Below, piece by piece: positions 38,212 to 40,741 of a stretch of DNA of 40,741 nt. The notes under the pieces are model-generated. The model was not told the origin of the DNA. It saw nothing but the letters and a program-made list of their open reading frames with translations, and ran no database searches. Position numbers and translations under genes: made by a program. The stretch's first letter is position 1. Each line of letters starts with the position of its first letter. This stretch comes from Cyanobacteria bacterium P01_D01_bin.156 (GTDB lineage Bacteria; Cyanobacteriota; Cyanobacteriia; Phormidesmidales; Phormidesmidaceae). Where the stretch lies: positions 1 to 40,741 of the forward strand of contig JBCCQQ010000058.1 of assembly GCA_039024555.1 (NCBI GenBank). The letters are read 5' to 3'.

Positions 38212-38623
38212 TATTTTCGTAGAGAATCACAAGTGTTGTGCCAGGATCAAAAGCTAGGGGATAGGCCTCACGCTCGGCTGCTACTCCTGACCGCACGTTG
38301 AGAGTGGGGAGTTGGCAGTAGGGGTCACTGATGATTTGCTGAACACGATCCTTCGTATCACGTTCTGGAATAGTCAGCAGCTGAGCTAATTGTTTTCTAG
38401 ATAGCTTTGCTGTGTTGTTTACGACTTGATCACAAGTTGTTTCTGGAGTATCAGAAGATGCTAGTAGATTCTTTGGGAATCCATTCAAATCTAGTAATAG
38501 AGATGCCAGAATCATTGTTAGACTGGCAAAAATTAGAGATTTTTGTCCTAACTGTTGTGAGTAGGGTTGTCTAGGGAGATTATTGATGTATTCTCGGTCA
38601 GAATATGTTTTGGGAGAGTGCAT
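38177..38623 (-). CDS. membrane-anchored hypothetical protein
   Basis: One N-terminal hydrophobic helix, two Cys, C-terminal REAYPLAFDP..LVILYENNEYAGYRF. Its stop overlaps the next ORF. Confidence 0.75.
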   Translation of the reverse strand: MHSPKTYSDREYINNLPRQPYSQQLGQKSLIFASLTMILASLLLDLNGFPKNLLASSDTPETTCDQVVNNTAKLSRKQLAQLLTIPERDTKDRVQQIISDPYCQLPTLNVRSGVAAEREAYPLAFDPGTTLVILYENNEYAGYRFNFE

Positions 38624-38755
38624 TGAAAAACCTCAGCAGAATGAGTAGGTAATAGAACAATGAAGAAATATTCTTTTATAAATTCAGATCTTAAAAGTCC
38701 TTGGGAAGTGCTGATATAGAAGACGTTTAGGAATAGTTGGTTAGCTATCCAAGCC

Positions 38756-39700
38756 CTAAGCCGAGAATCTACCGCCTAGAATAAGACCTAAAATTACCAT
38801 TAATGTTCGATATCCTATGGAAGGATTCGGATTGGGGCTAAACAATGATGAGTACAGACCAAGCATCACTCCGACAATAATAATCAGAGCTACAGGAGTC
38901 CAGAGACCTGGATAAAATTGGAAAGCTCGATTAAGAACAATACGGGCAATAGCAGCACCAACACACCAGATAGCACTATCCATAGAGCTAAAGCCGATGT
39001 GTTTAGATCGTTGAGACCTTGTCATAGCTTGTCCACGTATTAAACGTTTAAGAGGACGCATCGTCAGCTGTAAAGATCTCTTTAAGTCATCTAGGAGATG
39101 AGCTATTAAATTGGAAGAATCAGAATTTGTGTCACTAGCAATATAGTTGTCATCGTGACCTATATAAGGGGAATTAGGGGTAAAAGGTTGCTGAAATAGC
39201 TGAGATTTAGTTCTTAGTTTTGCAGCATTGTATAAAGCATCTTCGTTTGCCTGCCGAAAATTGACGGTCCGATAGGCTAACTCCAGATAGTCCTGTGGAG
39301 TACGTTTGATGGTAGGAACTTGAATGTTGGGGCACTCGCGTAAAAATCGAGCAATTTTATCAATGTTTGATGAGGTACCGATCGGTTCCTGTTGCATTAA
39401 ATCGTTGCCTACTCTGCACAACTTTTCTAGAGTCTGTTGCTGTTGAAGAGCCAGCCTTTCGTTAGTAGCCAGAAGATCCTGAAACTGCTGCAAACTAGTT
39501 TTCGGAACAGTGGCTAGAGTATGGGGCTGCTCCGAACGCTGCCGTAACGTATCAATTGCCGTTTTGACCTGAGTATATTGGGGGGAAGGGGAGACATTTT
39601 GCGGTTGACGCCAAGGAGGAGTCACCGTCTCGGGTGGAGACGCTTTGATAGTTTGAAGTTTCTGGCGGATTGTCTGGAGTTCCATTTCTAAGTCGTTCAT
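38756..39700 (-). CDS. coiled-coil protein with three C-terminal transmembrane helices
   Basis: Gln/Leu-rich helical N-terminus and a hydrophobic C-terminus ending LMVILGLILGGRFSA. ATG at 39700 preferred. Confidence 0.75.
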   Translation of the reverse strand: MNDLEMELQTIRQKLQTIKASPPETVTPPWRQPQNVSPSPQYTQVKTAIDTLRQRSEQPHTLATVPKTSLQQFQDLLATNERLALQQQQTLEKLCRVGNDLMQQEPIGTSSNIDKIARFLRECPNIQVPTIKRTPQDYLELAYRTVNFRQANEDALYNAAKLRTKSQLFQQPFTPNSPYIGHDDNYIASDTNSDSSNLIAHLLDDLKRSLQLTMRPLKRLIRGQAMTRSQRSKHIGFSSMDSAIWCVGAAIARIVLNRAFQFYPGLWTPVALIIIVGVMLGLYSSLFSPNPNPSIGYRTLMVILGLILGGRFSA

Positions 39701-39742
39701 AATTAAAGATGGGAACGAATAGAACAAACGATCTATTTATCT

Positions 39743-39756
39743 AGTACAAGTGTACC
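39743..39756. promoter_or_regulatory. cyanobacterial LexA box overlapping a minus-strand extended -10
   Basis: AGTACAAGTGTACC fits RGTACNNNDGTWCB on both strands. The minus strand reads TG-G-TACACT (extended -10), 42 nt from ATG 39700. Confidence 0.7.
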
Positions 39757-40166
39757 ATATTTTTCTCCATGGTGATCCACAATCATGAGTTTCTGAGGTA
39801 AATTTACATCTCAATTTCTTAACTCTGGTGGTAGGTTTCCGGAGATGCTTCCTATAGGCCACCTGTTCTAAATCAATCAGAAAACAAACTCAATCTCATG
39901 GTTTGCTGATGATTGAATCTGTTTGGGGTGTCATAATTGCGTCCCAAGTCTTGTAAAAATGATGAATTCTGCAATTAATTAGCAGGTTTGCATACAGTGC
40001 CCTGTAATCCCTGTTCAATAGGCAGTGAGGCTAGAAGCATTGGCCTGTCACGATGGTGCTGTGCTTTAGTGTATATCGAGCCTTCGAGATATTAACTGCA
40101 TCCTGAGCATATGGTCTAAACATTTAGATCATATGCTCAGGCTCTTACTGATCAGAGTGGTCTACT

Positions 40167-40553
40167 ATGCTGGAATTTATTACGTTGCCTGATGCGCTAC
40201 CCCCGGTTGCTCCCTACTCCCATGCCGTTAGGGCTGGCGATTTTTTATTTGTAACGGGACAGCTGGCAGAGGATCCTAAGTCTGGAGAAGTTTTGAAGCT
40301 CGATATTGAGGCGCAAACACGTCAGGTTATGGAGAATCTCAAGCGGGTTCTAAGTCATGCGGGAACTCAGTTTTCGAATGTTGTTATGGTACGTATTTTT
40401 GTTACTGATTTTCGGTATTACGACATTGTTAATCATGTTTATGCCTCCTATTTTGATCAACATCGTTTGCCGGGACGAACAACTGTAGGTGTAATGGGTC
40501 TGGCGGGATATGGGGATGTTGAGATTGATTTGATTGTTTACTGTGGCGATTAA
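40167..40553 (+). CDS. RidA/YjgF/UK114 family protein
   Basis: APYSHAVRAGDFLFVTGQL, QTRQVMENL, NHVYASYF..PGRTTVGV, VEIDLI. Confidence 0.93.
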   Translation: MLEFITLPDALPPVAPYSHAVRAGDFLFVTGQLAEDPKSGEVLKLDIEAQTRQVMENLKRVLSHAGTQFSNVVMVRIFVTDFRYYDIVNHVYASYFDQHRLPGRTTVGVMGLAGYGDVEIDLIVYCGD

Positions 40554-40741
40554 GGGTTGAGAATCTTTGCGCAGCGGTCTGTGTCTGTTGTGCTACGGGC
40601 ACCAGGGCTGATTCATTGTAGGAGCTTAAAAATCTGAGGAATCTGGTTAGCGAGTTCTCGTAGGGCCGATTTAAGTGAATCGAAACCATTGATTCTGAGT
40701 AGATTGATAGTAATAGACCGAAACACCGAGGCATTCAGCAA

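Noticed and set aside
40429..40734. 101-aa minus-strand ORF at the right edge, and other short antisense ORFs inside identified genes
   Set aside because: They overlap well-supported genes on the other strand and show no motifs.

Overview
Cyanobacterial chromosomal window (about 15 HIP1 GCGATCGC octamers, activase-like AAA+ protein with an RbcS-like domain, cyanobacterial TTTTCCACA DnaA boxes), most likely from a filamentous strain. It spans the replication origin (dnaA-oriC-dnaN) and is mostly housekeeping: nadC, a GH57 protein, a polar amino-acid ABC transporter, a CDF exporter, xth, rca/alc, desC, a geranylgeranyl-reductase-family enzyme, a TM0106 nuclease, tRNA-Asp(GTC), FKBP, mutS, a DEAD-box helicase, def, an HtrA protease, furC/perR and ridA. 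The left edge carries a minus-strand sigma70-type promoter plus boxA, which suggests an rRNA operon starts just outside the window. No CRISPR array, transposase or intact integrase was seen. Most interesting: (1) a four-gene minus-strand cluster of uncharacterised envelope proteins (coiled-coil membrane protein, small membrane-anchored protein, degenerate M23-like lipoprotein, lysozyme-like secreted protein) whose predicted extended -10 is covered by a perfect cyanobacterial LexA box; (2) a TetR protein fused to a catalytically degenerate tyrosine-recombinase fold, divergent from desC, with two TGCAAG-N5-CTTGCA operators; (3) a 24-codon hydrophobic ORF with a strong RBS after dnaN; (4) a double-CBM2 protein with four 31-aa repeats at a 93-nt period; (5) a GNAT pseudogene with two lesions. 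All product calls come from motif recognition by eye, with no database search.
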